In this document: piece after piece, positions 56,530 to 64,000 of the stretch | Layout: each line of letters opens with the position of its first letter | Numbering within the stretch: the first letter of the stretch is position 1 | Assembly: GCA_017462735.1 (NCBI GenBank) | Contig: JAFTQO010000009.1 | Location: 76,645-140,644, forward strand | Direction of reading: 5' to 3' | Length of the DNA: 64,000 nt | From: Clostridia bacterium | GTDB taxonomy: Bacteria; Bacillota; Clostridia; Christensenellales; Borkfalkiaceae | Program-made: the position numbers and the translations under genes | Notes under the pieces: generated by a model | Told to the model about the DNA's origin: nothing | What the model saw: only the letters and a program-made list of their open reading frames with translations | Databases searched by the model: none

Positions 56530-58185
56530 ATGCTTTCGGACATTGAGATAGCGGAAAAAGCAAAATTACAAGATATACGCGACGTAGCAAGGCGTCTCCG
56601 TTTGACGGAGGACGATTTGCACCTTTACGGCAAATATAAGGCAAAAATTTCTTTGCCTAAGGATGCTAAGCGCACGGCAAAACTCGTCTTAGTGACGGCA
56701 ATCAACCCGACGGCTTCCGGGGAAGGGAAGACGACGGTATCCATCGGTCTTGCCGACGGGATTGCCCGCCTTGGGAAGAGCGCGTGTTTGGCGCTGAGAG
56801 AGCCTTCGCTTGGCCCCGTATTTGGGATGAAGGGGGGTGCTGCTGGCGGCGGTTATGCGCAGGTCGTGCCGATGACAGACATTAACCTTCATTTTACGGG
56901 GGATATGCACGCTATCACCGCGGCAAACAACCTGCTTTGCGCCCTTGTCGACAATCATATTTTCCGTGGCAACGCATTGGAGATTGATACGGATAACGTT
57001 TATTTCCACCGTTGTATGGATATGAACGAACGTGCCCTTATCAACGTGACGGTAGGTCAAGATGGGAAAGGAGTGGAGAGAAAAGACCACTTCGACATCA
57101 CGGCGGCAAGCGAAATTATGGCGGTGCTGTGTCTTGCGACGGATATTGCCGACTTAAAACGCCGCTTGGGTAACATCATCGTAGGGTTGAACAAATCGGG
57201 AGATTTTGTACTTGCCAAAGACATCCCCGGCGCAGTAGGTTCCATGGCGGTGCTTTTGAAAGAAGCGATGATGCCCAACCTTGTCCAAACGCTGGAAGGA
57301 ACGCCTGCCATTATCCACGGCGGTCCGTTTGCCAATATCGCGCACGGCTGTAACAGCGTGCAGGCGACGTACGCGGCGATGAGCCTTGCCGATTACGCCA
57401 TTACGGAAGCGGGTTTTGGCGCAGATCTCGGGGCGGAGAAATTTTTGGACACCAAATGCCGCGTGGCGGGTATTGAGCCCGACTGCGTCGTGATCGTAGC
57501 GACGGTCAAAGCGCTCAAATTGCACGGTGGGGCAAAGAAAGAGACGCTCTCGCAAGAGGATTTATCGGCGCTTGAAAAGGGAATTCCTCATTTGCTCAAG
57601 CACATTGAAAACATCAAAAACGTCTATAAAAAACCCGTGCTCGTAGCCATGAATCGATTTGTCACGGATACGAAAGCGGAAACCAGTCTCGTCATCGAAA
57701 AGGTAAAAGAGGCGGGTTCTACGGCAGTCTTTACCGACGTGTTCTTGCGCGGCGGCGAAGGAGGCGAGGATCTTGCGAAAGCAGTCATGGCGGCGTGTGA
57801 AATCCCCTCTAAGATGGAATACGCTTACGATTTAAACGACGGGATAGTCAAGAAAATAGAGGACGTCGTCCAAAAAATATACGGTGGCGACGGGGTGGAT
57901 TTCTCCCCTGAGGCGCAAGAGAAGATCAAGCAGTTCGAGACGAAGGGGTATGGCAATTTACCTGTGATTATCGCCAAGACGCAATACTCGCTCAGCGACA
58001 ACGCCGACCTCATCGGCAGACCGACGGGATTTAGGGTGTTCGTGCGAGACGTCATGGTAAAAGGCGGCGCAGGTTTTATCGTGGCGATTGCAGGTAAAAT
58101 TATGCTGATGCCGGGGCTGGGCGCCCATCCTGCGGCGGAAAAAATCGATTTGACGGACGACGGTCAAATCGTAGGGCTCTTTTAA
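56530..58185 (+). CDS. fhs: Formate--tetrahydrofolate ligase
   Basis: It is 551 aa. The P-loop PTASGEGKTT, the overall FTHFS architecture and the conserved C-terminal block are present. Confidence 0.95.
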   Translation: MLSDIEIAEKAKLQDIRDVARRLRLTEDDLHLYGKYKAKISLPKDAKRTAKLVLVTAINPTASGEGKTTVSIGLADGIARLGKSACLALREPSLGPVFGMKGGAAGGGYAQVVPMTDINLHFTGDMHAITAANNLLCALVDNHIFRGNALEIDTDNVYFHRCMDMNERALINVTVGQDGKGVERKDHFDITAASEIMAVLCLATDIADLKRRLGNIIVGLNKSGDFVLAKDIPGAVGSMAVLLKEAMMPNLVQTLEGTPAIIHGGPFANIAHGCNSVQATYAAMSLADYAITEAGFGADLGAEKFLDTKCRVAGIEPDCVVIVATVKALKLHGGAKKETLSQEDLSALEKGIPHLLKHIENIKNVYKKPVLVAMNRFVTDTKAETSLVIEKVKEAGSTAVFTDVFLRGGEGGEDLAKAVMAACEIPSKMEYAYDLNDGIVKKIEDVVQKIYGGDGVDFSPEAQEKIKQFETKGYGNLPVIIAKTQYSLSDNADLIGRPTGFRVFVRDVMVKGGAGFIVAIAGKIMLMPGLGAHPAAEKIDLTDDGQIVGLF

Positions 58186-58209
58186 CGAACGGATTTTTAA
58201 GGAAGCAGT

Positions 58210-59844
58210 ATGGAAAATATCGAAGCAAGCAACTTTATTGAGCAAATCGTGATAGACGACCTCGCGGCGGGCAAAGTAACGGAGATTCAAACCCGTTTCC
58301 CTCCCGAACCCAACGGCTATCTGCATATCGGGCACGTAAAAAGCATGCTCGTCAACTTTGGCACGGCGAAAAAATTCGACGGTAAATGCAACCTCTTTTT
58401 CGACGACACCAACCCCTCTAAGGAGAAGACGGAATTCGTCGACGCTATCCGCAAGGACATCTCTTGGATGGGTTTTGAGTGGGCGAAAGAAGTGTATGCC
58501 AGCGACTTTTTTCCCGTCATCTACGAGTATGCGGAAAAACTCATTTTGGACGGCAAAGCCTTCGTGTGCGATTTATCGCCTGAAGAAATTTCGGCTACCC
58601 GCGGCACCTTAAAAGAGGGGGGCAAGGAAAGCCCTTACCGCAACCGCAGCGTGGAAGAGAACTTGACGCTGTTTAGAGAGATGAAGGCGGGTAAGTATCC
58701 CGACGGTAGCAAGTGTCTGCGCGCAAAGATCGATATGGCGTCGCCCAATATGAATATGCGCGACCCTGTTATCTATCGTATTTTGCGTAGCACGCATCAC
58801 CGTACGGGAGATACTTGGTGCATTTATCCTATGTACGATTATGCGCACCCGATTTGCGACTATTTGCAAGGGGTAACGCACTCCCTTTGTACGCTGGAGT
58901 TTGAAGACCACCGTCCCTTGTACGATTGGGTGGGTATCAACCTCGGGTTTGCCCCTAAGCCCAGACAAATTGAATTTGCCCGTCTTGCTATCACCAACAC
59001 GGTAATGAGCAAGCGTTATCTTAAAAAACTCGTCGAAGAAAACCACGTCCACGGCTGGGACGATCCCCGTATGCCGACGGTGACGGGGCTTAGGAACCGC
59101 GGCGTACCTCCGCAAGCGCTGATTGATTTTTGTACGAAAATCGGCGTCGTAAAAGCCAATTCGGAGTGTCAACTTTCTTATCTTGAAGCGTGTATCCGCG
59201 ACGATTTGAACGCCAATGCAGAGCGTGCTATGGCGGTGGTAGAGCCGTTGAAAGTAACTATTACCAACTATGTTGGTACGGAAAAATTGACCACGGCGTT
59301 GCATCCTTTAAAGCCTGAACTCGGCGAAAGAGAACTGGATTTTTCGGGTACGGTATATATCGACAAAGCGGACTTCTCTCTCGACCCTCCGCCCAAGTAT
59401 CAACGCTTGAAGTTGGGTGGGTACGTGCGCTTGAAAAACGCCTATATTATTCGTTGCGACGAGGTCGTACGGGACGAGAAAGGGGAAGTGACGGAACTCA
59501 AATGTACCTACGTTCCCGAAAGTCGTTCTTCTGCGGATACGAGCGGTATCAAGGTTAAAGGCACTATCCAATGGGTAGACGCTTTTACGGGCGTGCCTGC
59601 GGAGATTAGAAAGTACGCTTATCTTTTGAAGGATGCAGAATATGCGGGACAGGACTTTGGCGAGCGGATGAACTTGGACAGCGAGACCATCTATCACGGC
59701 TATGCAGAGCCCTATCTTGCGGCAAGCGAAGACGAAAGCCGTTTTCAACTGATGCGCGTCGGCTATTACAAAAAATGCGTCGACGAAAAGGGCGGTTTAG
59801 TGCTTAGCGAAATCGTATCTCTCAAAGATAATTTTAACAAATAA
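58210..59844 (+). CDS. glnS: Glutamine--tRNA ligase
   Basis: The HIGH motif is PEPNGYLHIGHVKS and the KMSKS variant is VMSKR, as in E. coli GlnRS. It is 544 aa with a C-terminal anticodon-binding beta-barrel region. Confidence 0.9.
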   Translation: MENIEASNFIEQIVIDDLAAGKVTEIQTRFPPEPNGYLHIGHVKSMLVNFGTAKKFDGKCNLFFDDTNPSKEKTEFVDAIRKDISWMGFEWAKEVYASDFFPVIYEYAEKLILDGKAFVCDLSPEEISATRGTLKEGGKESPYRNRSVEENLTLFREMKAGKYPDGSKCLRAKIDMASPNMNMRDPVIYRILRSTHHRTGDTWCIYPMYDYAHPICDYLQGVTHSLCTLEFEDHRPLYDWVGINLGFAPKPRQIEFARLAITNTVMSKRYLKKLVEENHVHGWDDPRMPTVTGLRNRGVPPQALIDFCTKIGVVKANSECQLSYLEACIRDDLNANAERAMAVVEPLKVTITNYVGTEKLTTALHPLKPELGERELDFSGTVYIDKADFSLDPPPKYQRLKLGGYVRLKNAYIIRCDEVVRDEKGEVTELKCTYVPESRSSADTSGIKVKGTIQWVDAFTGVPAEIRKYAYLLKDAEYAGQDFGERMNLDSETIYHGYAEPYLAASEDESRFQLMRVGYYKKCVDEKGGLVLSEIVSLKDNFNK

Positions 59845-59903
59845 GTAACATTTTTCTATTTACGTTCTATAATTTAGTATAGCAAAAACAAGGAGAAAGA
59901 ATT

Positions 59904-61106
59904 ATGGGTAGTGAAATGATAGCCTGGGTTCTGATTGGAGTATTGGCGATTGTAGGGATTGTTGCCATCGTCGTCGGCGCCATAAAAAGTTATACGGGGA
60001 TAAAGTCGCACGGGTTGCCTTGGGTGCTTGCCTGTGGGGTCTATTTGATTTTGGTCAAGGCGTTGATAGAGAACAAAGTCTTGTCCTCTTTGTCCCTGTT
60101 TGATTACCTTACGGACAACGCGACGAACTTTATCGTAGCGGTATTTGTTTTGTGCGTCGTGACCTTCCTGTTGGCAGGTATCTTTGCCGCGATTGCAAAA
60201 GGGTTAAAGAGATCTTTCAACAAGCAGTTAAAGCAGGCGGAAAAGCAAAAATACGCCGAGGCGCACGGGGAAGAATTTGAAATCGACGAAAATAAGGAAT
60301 ATAAACCTTTGCCCGTCGACGGGAAGAAACCCGTCCGTATCATCAACCGCGTATGGGGGGCTATTTCCAGCGCGGTCTGCGCAACCGCTTTCACGGCGTC
60401 TATTATCGCGCTTTTGATGTTGGTTCTTTACGCAACGCCTTTGAGAGACACGGCGTTCCTTGCCGAGGTCTACACGCAAGGCCCTATGGCGGAGATATGG
60501 AGTTTCGTCCATAAATACGCGTTCGATTTCCTGATGATTTCCTTCGTGATGTATATGATCCGCAAGGGCTGGGAAGTGGGCTTTATGGAAGGGCTTAGGA
60601 AACTTCTCGTTTTCTTTGGTTTTACGGCTGCGGTGATAGGTCCTTTCGTCTTGATGTTTACGGCGCCTACGGCAACGGGTGGGAAACTTGCTTTTCTCGG
60701 CAGATTTGCGACGTTGATTAGCGACGCAATCGGTTCAAACGGCGCGATTCCTGCAGTTGCTTGCACGGTGATTGGGAAAGTGTGCGTCGGGGTTATCCTC
60801 GTGATTATCGCTTGCCTGTTGATGGCGCTGATTAACTGGCTGCTCAAAAAACTCGTCGATTTGTTCGACGACGTGAAGATTTTGTCGGCAATCGAAAAGT
60901 CGCTTGCTACGATCGTCTTCTTCATCTTTGCGATATCCGTGCTTATCGTAATCGTTGCAATTTTCTATGCGCTTGGGTATTACGGCGTATTTGATTGCCG
61001 CGTCCTCTTCAAACCCTATTCGCCTATTTCTTCCGCGTTCTACGGCGCATGTGAAGAGTGGCTGAAACCTTTGCTTGTGCATATTGCGGAGTTACTTGCC
61101 GCTTAA
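59904..61106 (+). CDS. Hypothetical polytopic membrane protein (~10 TM)
   Basis: ATG follows AGGAGA. It is hydrophobic throughout and carries no recognised motif. Confidence 0.5.
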   Translation: MGSEMIAWVLIGVLAIVGIVAIVVGAIKSYTGIKSHGLPWVLACGVYLILVKALIENKVLSSLSLFDYLTDNATNFIVAVFVLCVVTFLLAGIFAAIAKGLKRSFNKQLKQAEKQKYAEAHGEEFEIDENKEYKPLPVDGKKPVRIINRVWGAISSAVCATAFTASIIALLMLVLYATPLRDTAFLAEVYTQGPMAEIWSFVHKYAFDFLMISFVMYMIRKGWEVGFMEGLRKLLVFFGFTAAVIGPFVLMFTAPTATGGKLAFLGRFATLISDAIGSNGAIPAVACTVIGKVCVGVILVIIACLLMALINWLLKKLVDLFDDVKILSAIEKSLATIVFFIFAISVLIVIVAIFYALGYYGVFDCRVLFKPYSPISSAFYGACEEWLKPLLVHIAELLAA

Positions 61107-61111
61107 CGAAA

Positions 61112-61145
61112 AGAAAAAACGGACTGCAACGGTCCGTTTTTTTAC
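61112..61145 (+). terminator. Rho-independent terminator
   Basis: aaaaaACGGACtgcaacgGTCCGTtttttt. Confidence 0.7.
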
Positions 61146-61154
61146 GGAGAAAAT

Positions 61155-61610
61155 ATGAAAAGAATTATGTTTGTATGTCACGGCAATATCTGCCGTTCGC
61201 CTATGGCGGAATACGTCCTGAAAGATTTGTTAAAAAAGGCGGGTAGAGAAGAAGAGTTTGTCGTTGCCTCTTCTGCCGTTTCCGCCGAAGAAATTTGGGG
61301 GGAGGTGGGCAACCCCGTCTATCCGCCCGTGAAAAGACTTTTAGCAGGCTTAGGAATAACTTGTGAAGAAAAGCGGGTTACGCAACTTCGTTTCGAGGAT
61401 GGGGACAGGTACGACTTATTCCTTTGTATGGACGATAGCAACCTGATAAAAGCCCGCAGGATTTTGGGGGCAAAAAACGCCGCGAAATGCCAAAAAGCGT
61501 TAGAACTTGTAGGCGAGAGCCGCGACGTCGCGGACCCTTGGTATACGCGTGATTTCGAGGCGTCCTACCGTGACGTTTTGCGCGTTTGTGAAAAATTATT
61601 AGAAAGATAG
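61155..61610 (+). CDS. Low-molecular-weight protein tyrosine phosphatase
   Basis: The P-loop CHGNICRSP (CX5R) lies at the N-terminus and a DPWY-type Asp loop is present. It is 151 aa. Confidence 0.85.
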   Translation: MKRIMFVCHGNICRSPMAEYVLKDLLKKAGREEEFVVASSAVSAEEIWGEVGNPVYPPVKRLLAGLGITCEEKRVTQLRFEDGDRYDLFLCMDDSNLIKARRILGAKNAAKCQKALELVGESRDVADPWYTRDFEASYRDVLRVCEKLLER

Positions 61611-61677
61611 GCGGATTGACTAAAACTTTCCTTTTTGGCATATAATGATAGGGTGTCAATAAATAAAGGAGGGGACT

Positions 61678-62955
61678 ATGAATCCGTTTTTAGAAAAACC
61701 CGTATCGATTGAAAAATCGTTGCAAAACTGGAAGGAAATGTATCCGCAACCCTATCACAAAATGGAGGTTGACCCGTACACCAAAACGAGAATTATCCTG
61801 ATGAACGGCACGGAGTTCGAGTCGAATTGGTTTTCACATCAACTTGCCCGTCATACCTGTGACAACGACCTGCGTAGAGAAATTTCTCTCTCCCGTATGG
61901 TGGAAAAGCAACAGCAATTAAAGATTTCTTTGCTTAAACCCGCCAACGAAAGCGCGCTGGAACACACCATTGGATATGAGCAACTCGCCGTAGACTTAAC
62001 GGCGGAACTGGCAAAAAGGGAAAAGGACTGCGACGTCAAAAAAGCGCTTGATTTTGCGCTTTTGGAAGACTTCGACCATTTGTACCGTTACGCCAATCAA
62101 TTGGAGATGGAGCAGGGTATCATTGCCGAGCGGCTAGTGGGTGGCTATACGGAGATTATGCCGGGGCGTCCCACGATAGCCCATCACCGATTCCCCAAAG
62201 ACAACGTTAAGCGGTGTATCAATTCTAAGACCGCCGACAAGCAAACGGTACTTGCGACCTTGATTATCACGGCGGCGGAACAGCAAACGATGAACTATTA
62301 TATGAACATCACCAACTTTGCCCGTAACGATATGTCGAGAAAACTCTATCAAGAGATTGCGCTTGTCGAAGAGGAACACGTTACGCAGTACGAAAGTTTG
62401 CAGGACGCAGGTGCAACGTGGCTGGAAATGCTGCTTTGGCACGAGTACACCGAGTGCTATTTGTATTGGTCTTGTTACAAGACGGAGACGAATCCGTATA
62501 TTCGTGCGCTGTGGGAACAAAATCTCGAGATGGAAATTGCCCACTTGCACAAGGCGGCGGATCTTCTTAAAAAATACGAAGGGAAGGAGTGGCAAGAGGT
62601 TATCCCTGACGGAGAATTCCCCGCGCCTTTGTCCTTGCACGAGAATATCGAATACGTGCGGGATATTTTGGAAAACACGGTACAATATACGGGCGTGTTA
62701 GAAGACTACGAAAATATCGACGATTTGCCTGACGACGCTACTTTTTTCAAGTATCAACAGCAAATCAATCCTACGGCGTGTATCGTCCCTTCCCATCAAG
62801 TCATTGATACGCACATCCGCCATTGCGGGAAGGACTATCGCTATCAAGTAGCGGAAAATCCTATCAAGGCGCTTCGACCTCGCCAATGCGACAATACTAC
62901 CGTCGGCAGAGAGAAAGGGGCGGCGAAGAGCACGGGGTTTGTTTGCAATAAATAA
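61678..62955 (+). CDS. Hypothetical protein, possibly ferritin-like diiron-carboxylate superfamily (E...EEEH / E...EIAH motifs)
   Basis: It is 425 aa. Candidate metal ligands are AAEQQ, LVEEEHV and LEMEIAHLH, with ExxH spacing. It has no signal peptide. The family is not recognised. Confidence 0.45.
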   Translation: MNPFLEKPVSIEKSLQNWKEMYPQPYHKMEVDPYTKTRIILMNGTEFESNWFSHQLARHTCDNDLRREISLSRMVEKQQQLKISLLKPANESALEHTIGYEQLAVDLTAELAKREKDCDVKKALDFALLEDFDHLYRYANQLEMEQGIIAERLVGGYTEIMPGRPTIAHHRFPKDNVKRCINSKTADKQTVLATLIITAAEQQTMNYYMNITNFARNDMSRKLYQEIALVEEEHVTQYESLQDAGATWLEMLLWHEYTECYLYWSCYKTETNPYIRALWEQNLEMEIAHLHKAADLLKKYEGKEWQEVIPDGEFPAPLSLHENIEYVRDILENTVQYTGVLEDYENIDDLPDDATFFKYQQQINPTACIVPSHQVIDTHIRHCGKDYRYQVAENPIKALRPRQCDNTTVGREKGAAKSTGFVCNK

Positions 62956-62957
62956 AA

Positions 62958-63060
62958 GACGTATACACTTCGGTTAATGTATAGCGCATAGTGCATAGTG
63001 GTGGTAAGAATTAAAATAATTCCGCAATTATGCATTATGCATTTTGCATTCTGCGCTAAA
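62958..63060. repeat. Intergenic repeat, A module copy (ATGCAT-palindrome element)
   Basis: aagacgtatacacttcgg...tgtatagcgcatagtgcatagtggtggtaagaattaaaataattccgcaattatgcattatgcattttgcattctgcgctaaa begins directly after the stop codon. Confidence 0.7.
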
Positions 63061-63182
63061 TACGCTCGAAATAATTCGTCAAAAAACGCCGTGGAATTTT
63101 CCGCGGCGTTATTTACAAAGGGAAAAAAGTTTGCTATACTATATAAAAAAGGAAACGCACGCGTGCGTGAAAGGAGAAAACT

Positions 63183-63707
63183 ATGAACGAAACGTTGCAA
63201 ACGATTATCGGCAGGCGTAGTATCAAAAAATACAAGCCCGACGCCGTCCCCAAGGAACTCATTGAAAAAATCGTCGAGGCGGGCACGTATGCCGCCACGG
63301 GTAGAAATTTGCAGTCCCCAATTATTATCGCGGTCACAAACAAAGAACTTCGTGACAAACTTTCCCGTATCAACGCGGAAGTGATGGGCGCCAGCGGCGA
63401 TCCTTTCTACGGCGCGCCTTGCGTCCTCGTCGTCCTTGCCGATAGGGCGGTCTCGCATAATTATATCTACGACGGCTCGCTCGTTATGGGCAACCTTATG
63501 CTGGCGGCAACTTCGCTCGGGCTCGGCAGTTGCTGGATTCACCGTGCAAGAGAAACGTTTGAACTCCCCGAAGGCAAAGAGATTTTGAAAAACCTCGGTA
63601 TTGAGGGGGATTTCGTCGGTATCGGCAATTGCGTGGTAGGCTATGCCGATTGTGATACGCCTGCGGTAAAACCTCGTAAGGACAACTGGGTCTACTATGT
63701 AGAGTAA
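63183..63707 (+). CDS. Nitroreductase family protein
   Basis: The N-terminus TIIGRRSIKKYKPDAVPKELIEKIVEAG is typical of nitroreductases. It is 174 aa. A TTTGCTATACTAT-like promoter lies upstream. Confidence 0.85.
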   Translation: MNETLQTIIGRRSIKKYKPDAVPKELIEKIVEAGTYAATGRNLQSPIIIAVTNKELRDKLSRINAEVMGASGDPFYGAPCVLVVLADRAVSHNYIYDGSLVMGNLMLAATSLGLGSCWIHRARETFELPEGKEILKNLGIEGDFVGIGNCVVGYADCDTPAVKPRKDNWVYYVE

Positions 63708-63711
63708 ATTT

Positions 63712-63938
63712 TTCTTCTTATAGGCTACGCATCTCCGCGTTGCGGCTTGCTTACATACTATCGGTATGCGCGCTTGCCGCGCCTTGACCTGCTTACCTCT
63801 AAAAAGAAAAAGGGTGATGAAAGTTCACATCTCCGCCTTTTTAATGCACAGCGCATAGTGAATAGTGGTGGTAAAAATTAAAATAATTCCGCAATTATGC
63901 ACTTTGCACTTTGCATTATGCACTAAATTTGCTCGCAT
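63712..63938. repeat. Composite intergenic repeat: B module copy 3 (63721..63822) + hairpin + A module copy 4 (63864..63938)
   Basis: B copy 3 is about 90 % identical to 51517..51614. It is followed by aaagttcacatctccgccttttt (compare 26951..26975) and an A module. Confidence 0.7.
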
Positions 63939-64000
63939 CTTCGCTTTTTACCTTTTTTGCCTTGAAAAAACCAAAATTTCCCAAAATATTCCAAACTTTT

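Overview
This 64 kb window is a gene-dense chromosomal segment of a roughly 50 % GC low-GC Gram-positive (Bacillota/Clostridia-like) bacterium. The phylum call rests on SD-like RBSs, canonical sigma-A promoters and Firmicute-type gene content (DUF1385+prmC+prfA after rpmE, queH, DUF368, type III glutamine synthetase). Most of it is housekeeping. Recognised genes include gap, glyQS, fhs, glnS, prfA, rpmE, thrC, an aspartate aminotransferase, glnN, rlmD-like, Ppx/GppA, maf, a divergent mreB-like gene, araA-like, Fur-family and LysR regulators, queH, a MacB-type ABC pair, a 2xSH3b/NlpC-P60 lipoprotein and one tRNA-Gly(CCC). Plus-strand ORFs at 87..2966 are antisense artefacts of a large partial lipoprotein gene on the minus strand (1..3302). 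Nine things stand out. (1) A tight four-gene minus-strand operon at 27694..32542, including a giant protein with internal SGCG[AG]K motifs, resembles the B. subtilis psp/ydjGHI membrane-stress module but lacks PspA. (2) A modular intergenic repeat family occurs at four loci, always just after stop codons, forming a roughly 470 bp array between rpmE and prmC. (3) A roughly 400 nt promoter-to-terminator transcript without a real ORF (8821..9225) is a candidate ncRNA. (4) A DUF-plus-J-like/TPR pair ends in a poly-cysteine tail. (5) A small GIY-YIG gene is flanked by direct and inverted repeats. (6) DUF1385 and PrmC are fused into one ORF. (7) TauE/SafE is split into two half-size ORFs. (8) A BspA-type LRR lipoprotein carries a frameshift. 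(9) Tandem trypsin-like lipoproteins sit together, one with a Cys-repeat module. I found no CRISPR array, integrase, reverse transcriptase or clear defence island. All family calls are from motif-level reading without database searches, so confidences are moderate.
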